Shown in pieces: positions 39,789-49,886 of a stretch of DNA of 64,000 nucleotides (the first letter of the stretch is position 1; every line of letters begins with the position of its first letter). Both the position numbers and the translations under genes were made by a program. Location: the NCBI GenBank assembly GCA_963668355.1, contig OY764265.1:2208001-2272000 (forward strand), written 5' to 3'. Source of the DNA: Bdellovibrionota bacterium. GTDB lineage: Bacteria > Bdellovibrionota_G > JALEGL01 > DATDPG01. The notes below the pieces were generated by a model. It searched no databases, was not told the origin of the DNA, and worked only from the letters and a program-made list of their open reading frames with translations.

Positions 39789-41723
39789 ATGTTGAGTGTT
39801 GAGGGCATTGCAAAGTCGTTTGGGCCGCAGGTTTTGTTTTCTCCAACGACGTTTTCCGTCGGGGAACGGGCGCGGATCGGGTTGATTGGCCCGAATGGTG
39901 CGGGAAAATCCACGTTTTTTCGAATTCTTGTCGGTGAAGAACATGCAGATGAAGGGGAAATTCGGTTTCCCAAGCATTATCGCGTGGCTTATATGCAACA
40001 AGAGTGGAGTCCCAAGCCCAAGGACACGGTTTTGGAGGCGACACTTTCTGAGTTTGGGGCCTGGGACCAAGCTCGAAAGCGGCTGGACGCTCTGGCTCAT
40101 GATCTAGAAAGCGAGGGCGGAGCCTCCGCCTACCATGAGGCCGAGACACAATTTTATGGTTTGGGTGGGTATGCGATTGAACAACGAGCCAAGGAAATCC
40201 TTGCTGGTTTGGGTTTTGAGCCCGAAGAATTTGATCAACCCGCACGAAACTTGAGTGGAGGGTGGCGGATTCGATGTCATATTGCGGGTCTTCTTCTTCA
40301 AGAAGCCGATCTTCTCTTATTGGATGAACCCACCAATCATCTGGATGTGGAGACCGTGGTTTGGCTCGAAAACTTTCTTTTGAACTACCCACACTCCGTC
40401 ATGATCATCAGTCATGACCATCGTTTAATTTCGCGGATTGCGACGGATATTCTGGAATTTGCTCCTCCGAGTCTGACCTTGTGGCCAGGGACGCTCAAAC
40501 AATATGAGTCCCAGAAAAACATTCGAATTGAACAGTTGGAAGCGGCCATTACCAATAAACAAAGAGAAATCGATCGCATGGAAGACTTTGTCCGAAAATT
40601 CCGGGCCAAAGCCACAAAAGCCAGACAGGCACAAAGCCGTTTGAAAACCTCCAATCACTATCAAGAAGAACTGGCCGAACTGAAGGCCTCGATGCCTGTG
40701 ATCTCGAAACGGCCGGCGCGGTTTTCGCTCCCTTTGCGCCAACGATTGCCGAAGGCGGTTTTGGAGGTCGAGAAGTGTGTGTTTGGGTATCACACGGAGA
40801 AGCCTCTATTTGATTTAAAGCACTTGTTGATCGAGGCCGGAAAAAAGATCGGGGTGATCGGGGTCAATGGCGTAGGAAAAACCACGTTTTTAAAAACCTG
40901 TGCGGGGGAACTTCCGCCTCTTTCCGGGAATCTGAAGCGAGGAATGGGTGTCGAAGTGGGGTACTTCGCCCAACATTGCATGGAGCAACTCCCCAGAGAG
41001 ATGTCCATTTTTGATTATTTGAGTGGGAGTACGGAGGGAAATACCATTTCCCAGCTTCGAGGGGTGGCGGCCTCTCTGGGCCTTACGGCCAATGATGTGG
41101 ACAAGCAAATTTCCGTTTTGTCTGGAGGAGAGAAAGCGCGAACGACCTTATCTCAGATTCTCCTAAGGCGTCCCGGACTACTGCTTTTAGATGAGCCGAC
41201 CAACCACTTGGATTTAGATGCTTGTGATGCCTTGGTTAAGGGGCTTTCGGACTATGAGGGAACGGTTTTGGTGGTTTCTCATAACCGAGATTTTCTGGAT
41301 GAACTGGTGGATTTCATTCTTGAAGTCCGTCCTGGAGAGGCCATTTTGCATCACGGAAACTATTCGGATTGGCATAAAAAGAGAGAAGGTGAACTGTCAC
41401 CCGCTTCTCCTAAGGATTCGACGTTGGAAAAAACCCACAAGTCGAAGGATCGTAAAGAACAGAGGCGAAGAGAAGCTGAAATCCGAAATGCGAAATCAGC
41501 AGATCGACGAAAGCTTCAAACCGAGTTCAAACAAGTCGAGAAAGACCTAGATCGATACCGAAAAGAATGCAAAGAGTTGGAAGCCAAGCTGTGCGACCCT
41601 GAGCAGATGAAAGATCCTGAATTTCCCCAATGGCTTAAACGACAGGGTTATCTCGCCTTGAGGACGGAGCACCTGGAAGAAAAATGGTTGGAATTGGCGG
41701 AGGAAATAGAAAAAACCGAATAG
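39789..41723 (+). CDS. ABC-F family ATP-binding protein
   Basis: Two ABC domains (GPNGAGKST/LSGGW/DEPTNHLD; GVNGVGKTT/LSGGEK), KATKARQAQSR linker, coiled-coil tail. Confidence 0.95.
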   Translation: MLSVEGIAKSFGPQVLFSPTTFSVGERARIGLIGPNGAGKSTFFRILVGEEHADEGEIRFPKHYRVAYMQQEWSPKPKDTVLEATLSEFGAWDQARKRLDALAHDLESEGGASAYHEAETQFYGLGGYAIEQRAKEILAGLGFEPEEFDQPARNLSGGWRIRCHIAGLLLQEADLLLLDEPTNHLDVETVVWLENFLLNYPHSVMIISHDHRLISRIATDILEFAPPSLTLWPGTLKQYESQKNIRIEQLEAAITNKQREIDRMEDFVRKFRAKATKARQAQSRLKTSNHYQEELAELKASMPVISKRPARFSLPLRQRLPKAVLEVEKCVFGYHTEKPLFDLKHLLIEAGKKIGVIGVNGVGKTTFLKTCAGELPPLSGNLKRGMGVEVGYFAQHCMEQLPREMSIFDYLSGSTEGNTISQLRGVAASLGLTANDVDKQISVLSGGEKARTTLSQILLRRPGLLLLDEPTNHLDLDACDALVKGLSDYEGTVLVVSHNRDFLDELVDFILEVRPGEAILHHGNYSDWHKKREGELSPASPKDSTLEKTHKSKDRKEQRRREAEIRNAKSADRRKLQTEFKQVEKDLDRYRKECKELEAKLCDPEQMKDPEFPQWLKRQGYLALRTEHLEEKWLELAEEIEKTE

Positions 41724-41737
41724 TTTTCTTGATCCGG

Positions 41738-41766
41738 TTGACGATCCCTGGTTTGGGAAGTAACTA
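41738..41766 (+). promoter_or_regulatory. Sigma70-type promoter TTGACG-N17-TAACTA for the riboswitch leader
   Basis: Directly upstream of the TPP aptamer. Confidence 0.45.
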
Positions 41767-41773
41767 GTGAACA

Positions 41774-41890
41774 TCTCAATGGGGAGCCTTCTTTGGAATG
41801 GCTGAGAGGCTTGATGATGGGCGGTAAATGTGCCCATCGACTCGCGACCCTTTGAACTTGATTCGGATTATACCGACGAAAGGAATGAGA
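41774..41890 (+). ncRNA. TPP riboswitch
   Basis: GGGGAGCC..GGCTGAGA..GACCCTTTGAACTTGATTCGGATTATACCGACGAAAGGA, P1 TCTCA/TGAGA; precedes thiamine genes. Confidence 0.92.
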
Positions 41891-41892
41891 AC

Positions 41893-42531
41893 GTGTCCAT
41901 CATTACCGTAATTGCAAACGGGGAACTCCCCCCGCCGAGGGAAATTCAAACCTATATTGAGCAAAGCGATCTTGTTTTCGCTGTGGACGGCGGAGCCAAT
42001 CATTGTTTGGAGCTTGGAATTGAGCCAACTCACCTTGTCGGAGACATGGATAGCATCTCAAAGGAAGCGAAAGATAAGTTTTCGAGAACCGCAAAGATTT
42101 TCGAAGCGGATCGGGACAAAGATGAAATGGATTTGGAATTGGCGCTTCAAAAAGCCGTCGGTTCGGGAGCGAGTCGGATCCTTTTGTTTTCTTGGTCGAG
42201 TCCGGATGCCAGCTATACGTATGGAAATTTATTGATCGCTTCCCAATGTCCCGTTCCCATTATTTTGATCAACCAACGTGGATGGAACACGTTTTTAAAC
42301 GAAGACTGTGGTGGGGTTGAGGTCCACGCGGCTGATGGAACGAAGAAAGTGTCCGTGTTCCCTTTTTCACAGTCCGTATCCCTAAAGACGTTGGGTTTTA
42401 AATGGGAATTGGATTGGAAGAAAGTTTCCCCTCAAACCGTAAGTCAGAGCAACGTGCTTCGTGATGAGGTGGGTTCAATTGCGCTTTCAAAGGGCGTAGC
42501 CTGGGTTGCGGTTGAGCGCGAATTCTCTTAA
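41893..42531 (+). CDS. thiN: Thiamine diphosphokinase
   Basis: GTG 41893 right after the riboswitch; ANGE, AVDGGANH, GDMDS, KDEMDLELAL, SN near the C-terminus. Confidence 0.88.
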   Translation: MSIITVIANGELPPPREIQTYIEQSDLVFAVDGGANHCLELGIEPTHLVGDMDSISKEAKDKFSRTAKIFEADRDKDEMDLELALQKAVGSGASRILLFSWSSPDASYTYGNLLIASQCPVPIILINQRGWNTFLNEDCGGVEVHAADGTKKVSVFPFSQSVSLKTLGFKWELDWKKVSPQTVSQSNVLRDEVGSIALSKGVAWVAVEREFS

Positions 42532-42545
42532 TTCTAGGGCGCCGG

Positions 42546-43934
42546 ATGACACTTCCTCCTCTTTCCTTTTTGGATAAGGCTATTTTTTTTGCTGTTTTAG
42601 GCATTACCTTTGCTTCGGTTCTTTGGGGGTACAGCCGGCGCAGCAAGGGAAATGATCAAGAAAGTTTTTTAGACCTTCTTTTGATGGGTCGAAAACTTAC
42701 ACTTCCCATGTTTGTGGCAACCCTAGTCGCAACCTGGTATGGCGGAATTTTCGGGGTGACGCAAATTGCCTTTGAGCGGGGAATTTTCAATTTCATCACT
42801 CAGGGGGTCTTTTGGTACGTCACGTATCTGATCTTTGCGTTCTTTCTGGTGGATCGCATTCGAAAAACGCAAGCCGTGACTTTACCTGATTTGGTGAGCC
42901 AAATGTATGGACCCGTTTCGGGTCGCGTGAGCGCGGTGTTCAACTTTTTTAATGTCGTGCCCATTGCCTATGCCATCGGCATGGGACTGTTCCTTCAGGC
43001 CTTTTGGGGTGGAAATTTAGAATTTTGGATTGCTGTGGGAACCGGGTGTGTTGTGTTGTACTCCATGTTTGGGGGATTTCGCGCCGTGGTTTTTTCTGAC
43101 CTTGTTCAATTCTTTGTCATGTGTCTTGGCGTGTTCCTGGTCTTTGTTTTTGCCTACCTAAATTTCGGAGGCTTGGACTTTCTCCGAAGCCATCTTCCCG
43201 AAACCCATTTTACGATTTCTGGAGGCGAATCTTGGGGAACGGTTCTCGTATGGGGCTTTCTGGCCTTGGCGACTTTGGTGGATCCCAACTTCTATCATCG
43301 GTGTTTTGCGGCCGATTCTTCTCGAACGGCCAAACGCGGCATTCTGTTATCCACCTTGATTTGGTTCTGCTTTGATATCTGCACCACCGCGGGGGGAATG
43401 TATGCCAGGGCGGTGTTTCCAGAGGCAGAGTCCGGACAAGCTTATTTGTTTTTTGCCATGAAGATTCTTCCCGATGGCCTTCGAGGGTTGGTTTTGGCCG
43501 GTATCTTTGCGACCATACTTTCAACCGTCGATTCCTATGTGTTCTTGGCGGGGACAACGTTGACGCATGATTTGTTGCCTCATGCCTGGAGAGGGAAGAA
43601 ATGGCTACATCATATGGGAATCGCCTTCGTTGGGGCGCTCGCGGTGATTTTGGCCGGACAATTTGATGGCGATATTCGAGAAGTTTGGAAAACGTTGGGA
43701 AGTTACTCGGCCGCTTGTTTGTTGCTGCCGGTGTTGTTTGGGTATTTTTTCCCGAAGAGGCTTCGAGATCGACAGTTTGTCCTTGCGTGCTTTGTGGGGG
43801 TTGTGGTGACGACCTTTTGGCGTCTTTTTCCTCGCGCGGGTTTCTGGTCGAATGTGGACGAGCTCTACGTTGGCATGTTGGCCACAGGGGCGACTCTGCT
43901 TATTTTCTTAAAAGGGAAAACGTCCGCTCATTGA
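42546..43934 (+). CDS. Sodium:solute symporter family protein, probable thiamine(-precursor) transporter
   Basis: GRKL, ATLVATWYGG, GGFRAVVFSDLVQF, STVDS; in the TPP-riboswitch operon. Confidence 0.88.
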   Translation: MTLPPLSFLDKAIFFAVLGITFASVLWGYSRRSKGNDQESFLDLLLMGRKLTLPMFVATLVATWYGGIFGVTQIAFERGIFNFITQGVFWYVTYLIFAFFLVDRIRKTQAVTLPDLVSQMYGPVSGRVSAVFNFFNVVPIAYAIGMGLFLQAFWGGNLEFWIAVGTGCVVLYSMFGGFRAVVFSDLVQFFVMCLGVFLVFVFAYLNFGGLDFLRSHLPETHFTISGGESWGTVLVWGFLALATLVDPNFYHRCFAADSSRTAKRGILLSTLIWFCFDICTTAGGMYARAVFPEAESGQAYLFFAMKILPDGLRGLVLAGIFATILSTVDSYVFLAGTTLTHDLLPHAWRGKKWLHHMGIAFVGALAVILAGQFDGDIREVWKTLGSYSAACLLLPVLFGYFFPKRLRDRQFVLACFVGVVVTTFWRLFPRAGFWSNVDELYVGMLATGATLLIFLKGKTSAH

Positions 43935-43982
43935 CACTGGAAGCCCCCTTCATTAGAAGGGCCACCGAACTGAGGGCGTTTC

Positions 43983-44561
43983 ATGGATAAAACCAAAAGA
44001 ACCATATTTATAAGAGCTTTGTGGGCGAGCTGGGCCTTGATGTTCCTTTTCCCAGGTGGGGCGCGGGCAGATCTGGAGCGAATTCATGAAGTGAGTCCTC
44101 TGGTTGTATTTTATTCAGGAGACGTTTTGCGTTCCTCGGTTTTGGGGGGATTTTCCTATACGTATCATGCCACGCGCTTGTTTTGGGTGGGCGCTGATTT
44201 TATGGGAGGCGAGCTGAATGTGGACAACGCCAACTCCGTGGGGCTGCTTTCCGGTCAAAAGTATTTGGCGGTAGATGGGGCTCTGTATTTCAACATTCCC
44301 GTACTCTTGGGCGTGACGATGAAGGGGGAGGATGGCATGAGCGCGGATCTGTATACGGCCATTGGAGCGGGGAAAATTTGGCTTGGAGATAAAGGAAAAA
44401 TATACGGATTTTTTGGGGGAGGCATGGTCCTTTACACGGGAATGAAGTGGTTGGCCTTTCGATTTGATTTAAAGGGGCTGTTCTTTAGTTTGGCCAACGG
44501 AAATGGATCGGACTTCAATTCAGATATGACGTTGAGTTTGGGTCCGAGTTTTGTATTTTGA
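43983..44561 (+). CDS. Small outer-membrane beta-barrel protein
   Basis: Signal peptide (ARA), alternating beta pattern, terminal F; TTGACA-N17-TAGAAG upstream. Confidence 0.7.
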   Translation: MDKTKRTIFIRALWASWALMFLFPGGARADLERIHEVSPLVVFYSGDVLRSSVLGGFSYTYHATRLFWVGADFMGGELNVDNANSVGLLSGQKYLAVDGALYFNIPVLLGVTMKGEDGMSADLYTAIGAGKIWLGDKGKIYGFFGGGMVLYTGMKWLAFRFDLKGLFFSLANGNGSDFNSDMTLSLGPSFVF

Positions 44562-44569
44562 GGTTTCTG

Positions 44570-45436
44570 ATGAGAATGAAAAAAGACTACAACATGACGA
44601 GCTATATCAAGATCACCATTGGCACATTGCTCATGGCGATTGGTCTGAACCTGTTTCTAGTTCCAAATAAAATTGCGGCCGGTGGGGTCGCAGGGATTGG
44701 AACCATTGTATTTCACCTATTCGGTTTGCCGGTTGGCGCCACCATGTTGGGGCTGAATGTCATTTTGTTTTTTGTGGCGTTCCGTGTGATTGGAAAAACC
44801 TTTGGCGCTCGTTCGATTTTTGCCACCGTCATTTTGTCGGTTTGCGTCGACGGTCTGGCGAATTTATTTCCTGTGGAGGCCATTACGGACGATTTGTTGA
44901 TGTCCGTGATTTTTGGAGATCTACTAACAGGGGTCGGAATGGCCATCATCTTCAATCAGCGATCATCGACAGGTGGAACCGATATTCTTGCCAAGATCTT
45001 AAATCGGTATTCGGCATTGGAAATCGGGAAATCCTTGCTTGTCATTGATTTTGTGATTGGCGCTTCCGCAGGTTTTTTGCTCCAGTCTGTGGATGTCGCG
45101 ATGTATTCCCTTCTAGCCATTTTGATCAACACGTTTGCCATTGATTTCTTTTTGGTCAGTTTTAACGTCAAAAAACAGGCCTTTATTGTGAGTTCTGCCT
45201 ACGAAAAGATCAGGTATCGAATCATTCACGAGATCAATAGAGGGGCAACACTTCTTGAAGCTGAGGGGGCTTATGAGGGGAAGAAGAGCAAGGCCATCCT
45301 CTGCGTTGTGGGTGCCCGGCAAATTCATCAGCTCTTGCAAATTGTTCGAGAGGAAGATGAAAGAGCATTTATGGCGGTCAGTAACGTGAATGAAACACGA
45401 GGAGAAGGTTTCAAAGACCTGAAAGTAGTTGATTAA
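44570..45436 (+). CDS. YitT family membrane protein
   Basis: GGVAGIG, SSTGGTDI, RGAT...GAY, C-terminal DUF2179-like region. Confidence 0.92.
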   Translation: MRMKKDYNMTSYIKITIGTLLMAIGLNLFLVPNKIAAGGVAGIGTIVFHLFGLPVGATMLGLNVILFFVAFRVIGKTFGARSIFATVILSVCVDGLANLFPVEAITDDLLMSVIFGDLLTGVGMAIIFNQRSSTGGTDILAKILNRYSALEIGKSLLVIDFVIGASAGFLLQSVDVAMYSLLAILINTFAIDFFLVSFNVKKQAFIVSSAYEKIRYRIIHEINRGATLLEAEGAYEGKKSKAILCVVGARQIHQLLQIVREEDERAFMAVSNVNETRGEGFKDLKVVD

Positions 45437-45450
45437 AGGGAGAGAAAATC

Positions 45451-46029
45451 ATGAAACACTTGGTTGTTTATAGTCATCCGAATCCAAAAAGTTTTAATCA
45501 TGCGATTCTGGAAACCTTTGTGGACGAAGTCAAATCCAAAGGCGGGGAAGTTCGCGTTCGAGATTTGTATGGCATGAAATTTCAACCGATTTTAACGGGA
45601 GAGGAATTGGCGGGTTTTTCCCAGGGAAAAATTGCTGACGATCTCAAGATTGAACATGAGCATGTTTCCTGGGCAGATGCGATTACGTTTATCTTTCCCC
45701 TTTGGTGGGCGGGCATGCCGGCCATAGCAAAAGGATACATTGATCGGGTTCTTTGTGACGGGTTTGCTTATCGTTTCGGTAAAAATGGCTTGGAGCAACT
45801 TTTGGCTGACAAGAAAGTTTTCACAATCACAACACTAGGAGATTCAGAGGCCAATTATAAGGAAAAGGGCTTTTTCGAGGCCATGGACAAGCTGTTGGAT
45901 GGCATTACCTATGCCTTTGCAGGGCTTCAATCGTTGGGACATCTTTATTTTGGGCAGGTTCCACTGGTCAGTGACACCGAACGGAAAGAAATGTTGAGCA
46001 AAGTACGAGAGGTCGTGGCGAATTTTTAA
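45451..46029 (+). CDS. NAD(P)H-dependent oxidoreductase, flavodoxin-like fold
   Basis: SHPNPKSFN, RDLY, FPLWWAGMPAIAKGYIDRV. Confidence 0.93.
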   Translation: MKHLVVYSHPNPKSFNHAILETFVDEVKSKGGEVRVRDLYGMKFQPILTGEELAGFSQGKIADDLKIEHEHVSWADAITFIFPLWWAGMPAIAKGYIDRVLCDGFAYRFGKNGLEQLLADKKVFTITTLGDSEANYKEKGFFEAMDKLLDGITYAFAGLQSLGHLYFGQVPLVSDTERKEMLSKVREVVANF

Positions 46030-46215
46030 AAAAAGTACTTTAGCGCCCAGTTGAGCCGGACTCGCTTAACAAAGTACATTCCGGAGAACTTCATAATTTT
46101 ACGAATTTGCTCTCGATACTTAGGTTTGTAGCAATGGGTTTGGCAGTCCTTGCATTGTTTCAACATCCTTTTGAATGTCTTTGTGTATTCGACCGGCTTT
46201 GTTTGTTTTGTTCAT
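46026..46215 (-). pseudogene. ygbA-like (nitrosative-stress family) remnant, internally deleted/frameshifted
   Basis: Not in ORF track. 46166-46026 reads MLKQCKDCQTHCYKPKYREQIRKIMKFSG..; ATG 46215 (TGATG-coupled to the Fe-S gene) reads MNKTNKAGRIHKDIQKDVET in another frame. Confidence 0.65.
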
Positions 46216-47033
46216 CACAAAGCTCCAAAAGCAGGAAGTGCCTGATACTCTTCTTTGTTCGAAGGCTGAATTCGTCCGTCAATCGTGATGTAGTGTTCCA
46301 GGACGGCCAGATCTTCCCGTTTTGCCATTCGTTTCGCTTCGTTCACAATGCTCATTAAGCCTTTGCAACAAGGAACCTCCATCATAACTACATGAATTCT
46401 GGGAATGGTTCGGTTCTGAAAGATGGCCGCAAGTTTGTCGGCATAGGGTGAAGTGTGATCCAGTTTGGGGCACGCTACGACGACGCTTCGTCCTCGTAAA
46501 AAACGCCAATGAATATCCGCTGAGGCCACAGGGCCACAAGTGCTCAGGAGAACGAGTTCCTTGTCCTGAAAATAGGAAGCCATGGGGGACACGAGGTGAA
46601 GTTGGATGGGCCATTGAGCGAGTTCGGATGGAATGACTTGTTCAGGCCCTCCTTCTTGTTTTTGGGGAGGATGGGTGCGTTCAATGGTTCGGGCTTGGCT
46701 TCCAGGGCATCCGCCGTGAGGGAGAGGAGGGCTGTGTTTTTCTTGATGGGCTTTTTGAGAATTTTCCATTCTTCTTACCGCGCCTTCTCCCTGGGTGGAA
46801 TAAAGATGGGCACGAACGGCGTCTTCATCGAAGGGTTTGGCTTCGACTTGTTTGATGCTCAAAGCCCCCGTTGGACAGACTCCCACACAATCCCCAAAAC
46901 CGTCACAGAAATCCTCACGGACAACTTTGGCTTTTCCATCGATGATTTTAAGCGCTCCTTCGGCACATCCGGTGACACATTCCCCGCAGCCATCGCAAAG
47001 AGCCTCATTGATTTGGATCATATTCCTTTTCAT
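46215..47033 (-). CDS. 4Fe-4S dicluster protein of the type found in hcp/HcpR loci
   Basis: CDGCGECVTGCAEG, CDGFGDCVGVCP, GCPGS, QWPIQLHLV, ACPKLD, MEVPCC. Confidence 0.88.
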   Translation of the reverse strand: MKRNMIQINEALCDGCGECVTGCAEGALKIIDGKAKVVREDFCDGFGDCVGVCPTGALSIKQVEAKPFDEDAVRAHLYSTQGEGAVRRMENSQKAHQEKHSPPLPHGGCPGSQARTIERTHPPQKQEGGPEQVIPSELAQWPIQLHLVSPMASYFQDKELVLLSTCGPVASADIHWRFLRGRSVVVACPKLDHTSPYADKLAAIFQNRTIPRIHVVMMEVPCCKGLMSIVNEAKRMAKREDLAVLEHYITIDGRIQPSNKEEYQALPAFGAL

Positions 47034-47065
47034 ATCCCCTATTTTGGAGAAAAGGGATGAGAATA

Positions 47066-47083
47066 CCTTGACTTAGGTCAAGG
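47066..47083. promoter_or_regulatory. Crp/Fnr-family operator CCTTGAC-TTAG-GTCAAGG
   Basis: Perfect 7-bp-arm palindrome with TTGAC-N4-GTCAA core between the regulator and the Fe-S gene. Confidence 0.75.
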
Positions 47084-47087
47084 GGGC

Positions 47088-47759
47088 TCAGCGAATTTGG
47101 CTTTGAAGCTCCGTCCAATTCACAATTTCAATGGTTTTGCCTTTTTCGGAAATAAGGTCGCTCTGTTTTAACTCTCTGAGAACACGAGAAAGGGTTTCCG
47201 GTATTGTTCCCAAAAGGGCGGCCAAATCTTTCTTTGGAATGTTCAGCCTACAGACAATGGGCGTGTTTTCGGTGTCACTATTCTCGATCAAATATCGAAT
47301 CAACCGTTCCTTCGTATTTCTCAACGTCAAATCTTCAATCATGGAGACAAAGTGGCGAAGTCGTTTGGAGTAAGCGGACAGAAGTTTGAAGGCTAGGTTG
47401 GGTTGTTTCAGAATTGTTTTTCGAAACGGCTCGGTTTCTATTCGGATCATTTCGCACTTCTCAATGGCTTGAGCATGCGCAGGGTAGGTTCTTCGATCAA
47501 AAATAGCTGCCTCTGCTACAAGATGATTTTGTTTTTGGATGTGAAGAATTTGTTCTTCTCCCTTTGGAGAAAGCTTGTAAATTTTAAGACTTCCTCTGAG
47601 GATGACGAAGAACGCTTCGGCAGGTTCGCCTTCGGAAAATAGATGCTCGCCTGAAGCAAGAGTGCGCGAACGACAAAAGGAGGCTACGGTCTCGATTTCT
47701 TCTTCTTTCAAATCGCTAAAGAGAAAGGTGTTTTGTAAGGATTTGTGTACTGCGTTCAT
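47088..47759 (-). CDS. Crp/Fnr family regulator (HcpR/Dnr-like)
   Basis: cNMP-like domain, HTH LGTIPETLSR, no N-terminal Fnr Cys cluster. Confidence 0.92.
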   Translation of the reverse strand: MNAVHKSLQNTFLFSDLKEEEIETVASFCRSRTLASGEHLFSEGEPAEAFFVILRGSLKIYKLSPKGEEQILHIQKQNHLVAEAAIFDRRTYPAHAQAIEKCEMIRIETEPFRKTILKQPNLAFKLLSAYSKRLRHFVSMIEDLTLRNTKERLIRYLIENSDTENTPIVCRLNIPKKDLAALLGTIPETLSRVLRELKQSDLISEKGKTIEIVNWTELQSQIR

Positions 47760-47767
47760 GCCAAGTT

Positions 47768-48559
47768 TTATGAAAAGGGTCTCATAAGTTCGTAGATAAA
47801 AAGAACGACTTCAATTGCGATCAAGATGACAATGGCCCATTCCAAATAGAGGGTTCGGCGAGAATACGATTGATTCGATAGTACGGTCAGGGCCTCTTGA
47901 ACGAATCGAAGTTTGTGTTCGAGAATCCGATAGCGATCATGGAGTTCAAATTGATCCGAGATTTGGACGTAAAGGGTTTCCAGTAATGGGTCGTCCCATG
48001 TTGAATCCGGGACATCCAAAAGGTTTGTGGACCCGATGACACGTTGTTTTGTGTGGATGCAAAAGCCAATGAAACGGAAGAAATCTCGATTTCCGATTCG
48101 AGTCTTCCCAGTTTTGTGTAGCGTCGAAGAGAGCGTCCCCCATTTGTCGACCACCTCATCTACTGCTTGTTCATAGTGATCCAGCGCGGTGGATTGGGCG
48201 AGGACCAGAGCAATCAATGTGATGTTGTCGATGTTGATGTGTGGAACTGTAGCGGTCCCAAAATCCACCCCCACCAACTCACCGGTTTTGATTTGGAATT
48301 CTTCCCGGTTGGGAAGCTGGTCTTTGGGAGGGACGGTTTCCTCCAGGCGTTTGAGGATTTGTCCCTGCATGGAAGGCTCGACATTGAAAAAAACAACCGA
48401 TCCAAAATTGAAAAGAATCACATAGGCATCGTCGTCAATTTCGAAGATGAGTTCGGTTCCGGAAGCTTTTAGGCTTTTCTCAGGAAAGAGCTTGTTGACT
48501 GAGCTAAGTCGAAGACGTTCCGTAATGTGGAATGCACGAAATATTCCCTGTTGAATCAC
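47768..48559 (-). CDS. RMD1/YagE (DUF155) family protein
   Basis: FNFGSVVFFN, LAQSTALDHYE, FELHDR, LEWAIVILIAIE. Confidence 0.9.
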   Translation of the reverse strand: MIQQGIFRAFHITERLRLSSVNKLFPEKSLKASGTELIFEIDDDAYVILFNFGSVVFFNVEPSMQGQILKRLEETVPPKDQLPNREEFQIKTGELVGVDFGTATVPHINIDNITLIALVLAQSTALDHYEQAVDEVVDKWGTLSSTLHKTGKTRIGNRDFFRFIGFCIHTKQRVIGSTNLLDVPDSTWDDPLLETLYVQISDQFELHDRYRILEHKLRFVQEALTVLSNQSYSRRTLYLEWAIVILIAIEVVLFIYELMRPFS

Positions 48560-48615
48560 TCGCTCATTGTAAGCCTTTTAATTATGATGGAGCCAGCATA
48601 AAAGAGGAGAAGACA

Positions 48616-49065
48616 ATGGCAGGTAAACTCTTAGAGAGTGAAAATGATTTAGAAATTGTGATTCAGAGTTTAAAGAGTGTGGCTGTGATTGGGATTAAAG
48701 ACCAGAGCCAATCGAATCTTCCAGCTTTTCAGATTCCAAAAATGGTGGCAGACCGAGGTTATAATGTGATTCCAGTCAATCCAAAGCTGGAGACCTGGGA
48801 GGGAAGAAAGGCTTTTCATTCCTTTTCAAACATTTCCGTTCGAGTCGATGTCGTGAATCTCTTCCGACGTGCCGAGTTTGTCGAAGGTCATGTCGATGAG
48901 ATCCTTTCCAGCCCAAAGGAGTTTTGGCCAAAACGGGTCTGGATGCAAACGGGGATTCGAAATGAGCCGGCGGCCAACAAACTCATGCAGGCTGGTATAG
49001 ATGTGGTGATGGATAAGTGTTTGGGCGTCTATGTGTCTCGCTACGGAAAGCCTTCTGGTTCTTAA
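48616..49065 (+). CDS. CoA-binding protein (YccU-like)
   Basis: ATG 48616 after GAGGAG; VAVIG, PVNP, DVVNLFR, WMQTGI, VMDKC. Confidence 0.9.
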   Translation: MAGKLLESENDLEIVIQSLKSVAVIGIKDQSQSNLPAFQIPKMVADRGYNVIPVNPKLETWEGRKAFHSFSNISVRVDVVNLFRRAEFVEGHVDEILSSPKEFWPKRVWMQTGIRNEPAANKLMQAGIDVVMDKCLGVYVSRYGKPSGS

Positions 49066-49874
49066 CTGCTAGGCGTTTCTGGGACGTCAATGAACAATTG
49101 AACTTCACCCAAAGCGACTCGAACAAACTGAAGCGAATCTCCCTGCCAATAGTCCGAATCCCTTCGGACGATGCATCTCATATACCCGGCGTACTCCGTC
49201 ATGGGGTTGATGAAATTGAGGTTGAACTCGCCTTGAAATCCCTGAAGCATTTCGGATAAATCGAATTCGAATTGGTATGGGTTTCCGGAGACTTCCGGAT
49301 CCACAAAGAAACGATTGTCATCTACCTCTTCGGTGTTGGGGTTGTCCCGAAGCAGATGATTTTCAAAGTTGGGAGAAATTTGGAGCGCCAAAATGTTCTC
49401 TCTGGTGCTTGGCGAAACAAAATCTTCCCCCTCGCAGCTTAAATCGCTTGTGAAACTGTCGAAGATCCACTCATGACAGGTTTCGGCACAGGTGGGTCGA
49501 TCCCAATCACAGAGAGGGTATTGATAGCAATCGGCTTCTTGATTCAATTCGTTACGAGTCAGGGGTTGGTTATCTAAGTTGACTTGAAGGAAGGCATAGG
49601 ATCCAGCGGCAAAAATATCCGTGTGAGTTCGCGCCTTAAAACGCAGCGTGACTTTTGCGTTGATGGGAATGTTTTTTTCAATGGTGTCCGTTATCGTAAA
49701 CGTTTGTCCTGCGTGAATGGTGACTTGTTCCACTTCTGGTGTGAGTTCGTGTTCTCCGGCTTCCCAGAGAGTGCTTTCGTTCACGTTGGAGTTTGTCTCA
49801 TCGGGTCTCCAAACGTTCTCGCCGCATCCAGTAAAAAGACTCACCAAAAGAATCATTGTTCCCAGCTTCATCAT
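49062..49874 (-). CDS. Hypothetical lipoprotein
   Basis: Lipobox FTGC; acidic, Cys-containing. Confidence 0.7.
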   Translation of the reverse strand: MMKLGTMILLVSLFTGCGENVWRPDETNSNVNESTLWEAGEHELTPEVEQVTIHAGQTFTITDTIEKNIPINAKVTLRFKARTHTDIFAAGSYAFLQVNLDNQPLTRNELNQEADCYQYPLCDWDRPTCAETCHEWIFDSFTSDLSCEGEDFVSPSTRENILALQISPNFENHLLRDNPNTEEVDDNRFFVDPEVSGNPYQFEFDLSEMLQGFQGEFNLNFINPMTEYAGYMRCIVRRDSDYWQGDSLQFVRVALGEVQLFIDVPETPSS

Positions 49875-49886
49875 GGCCCCTCATAC

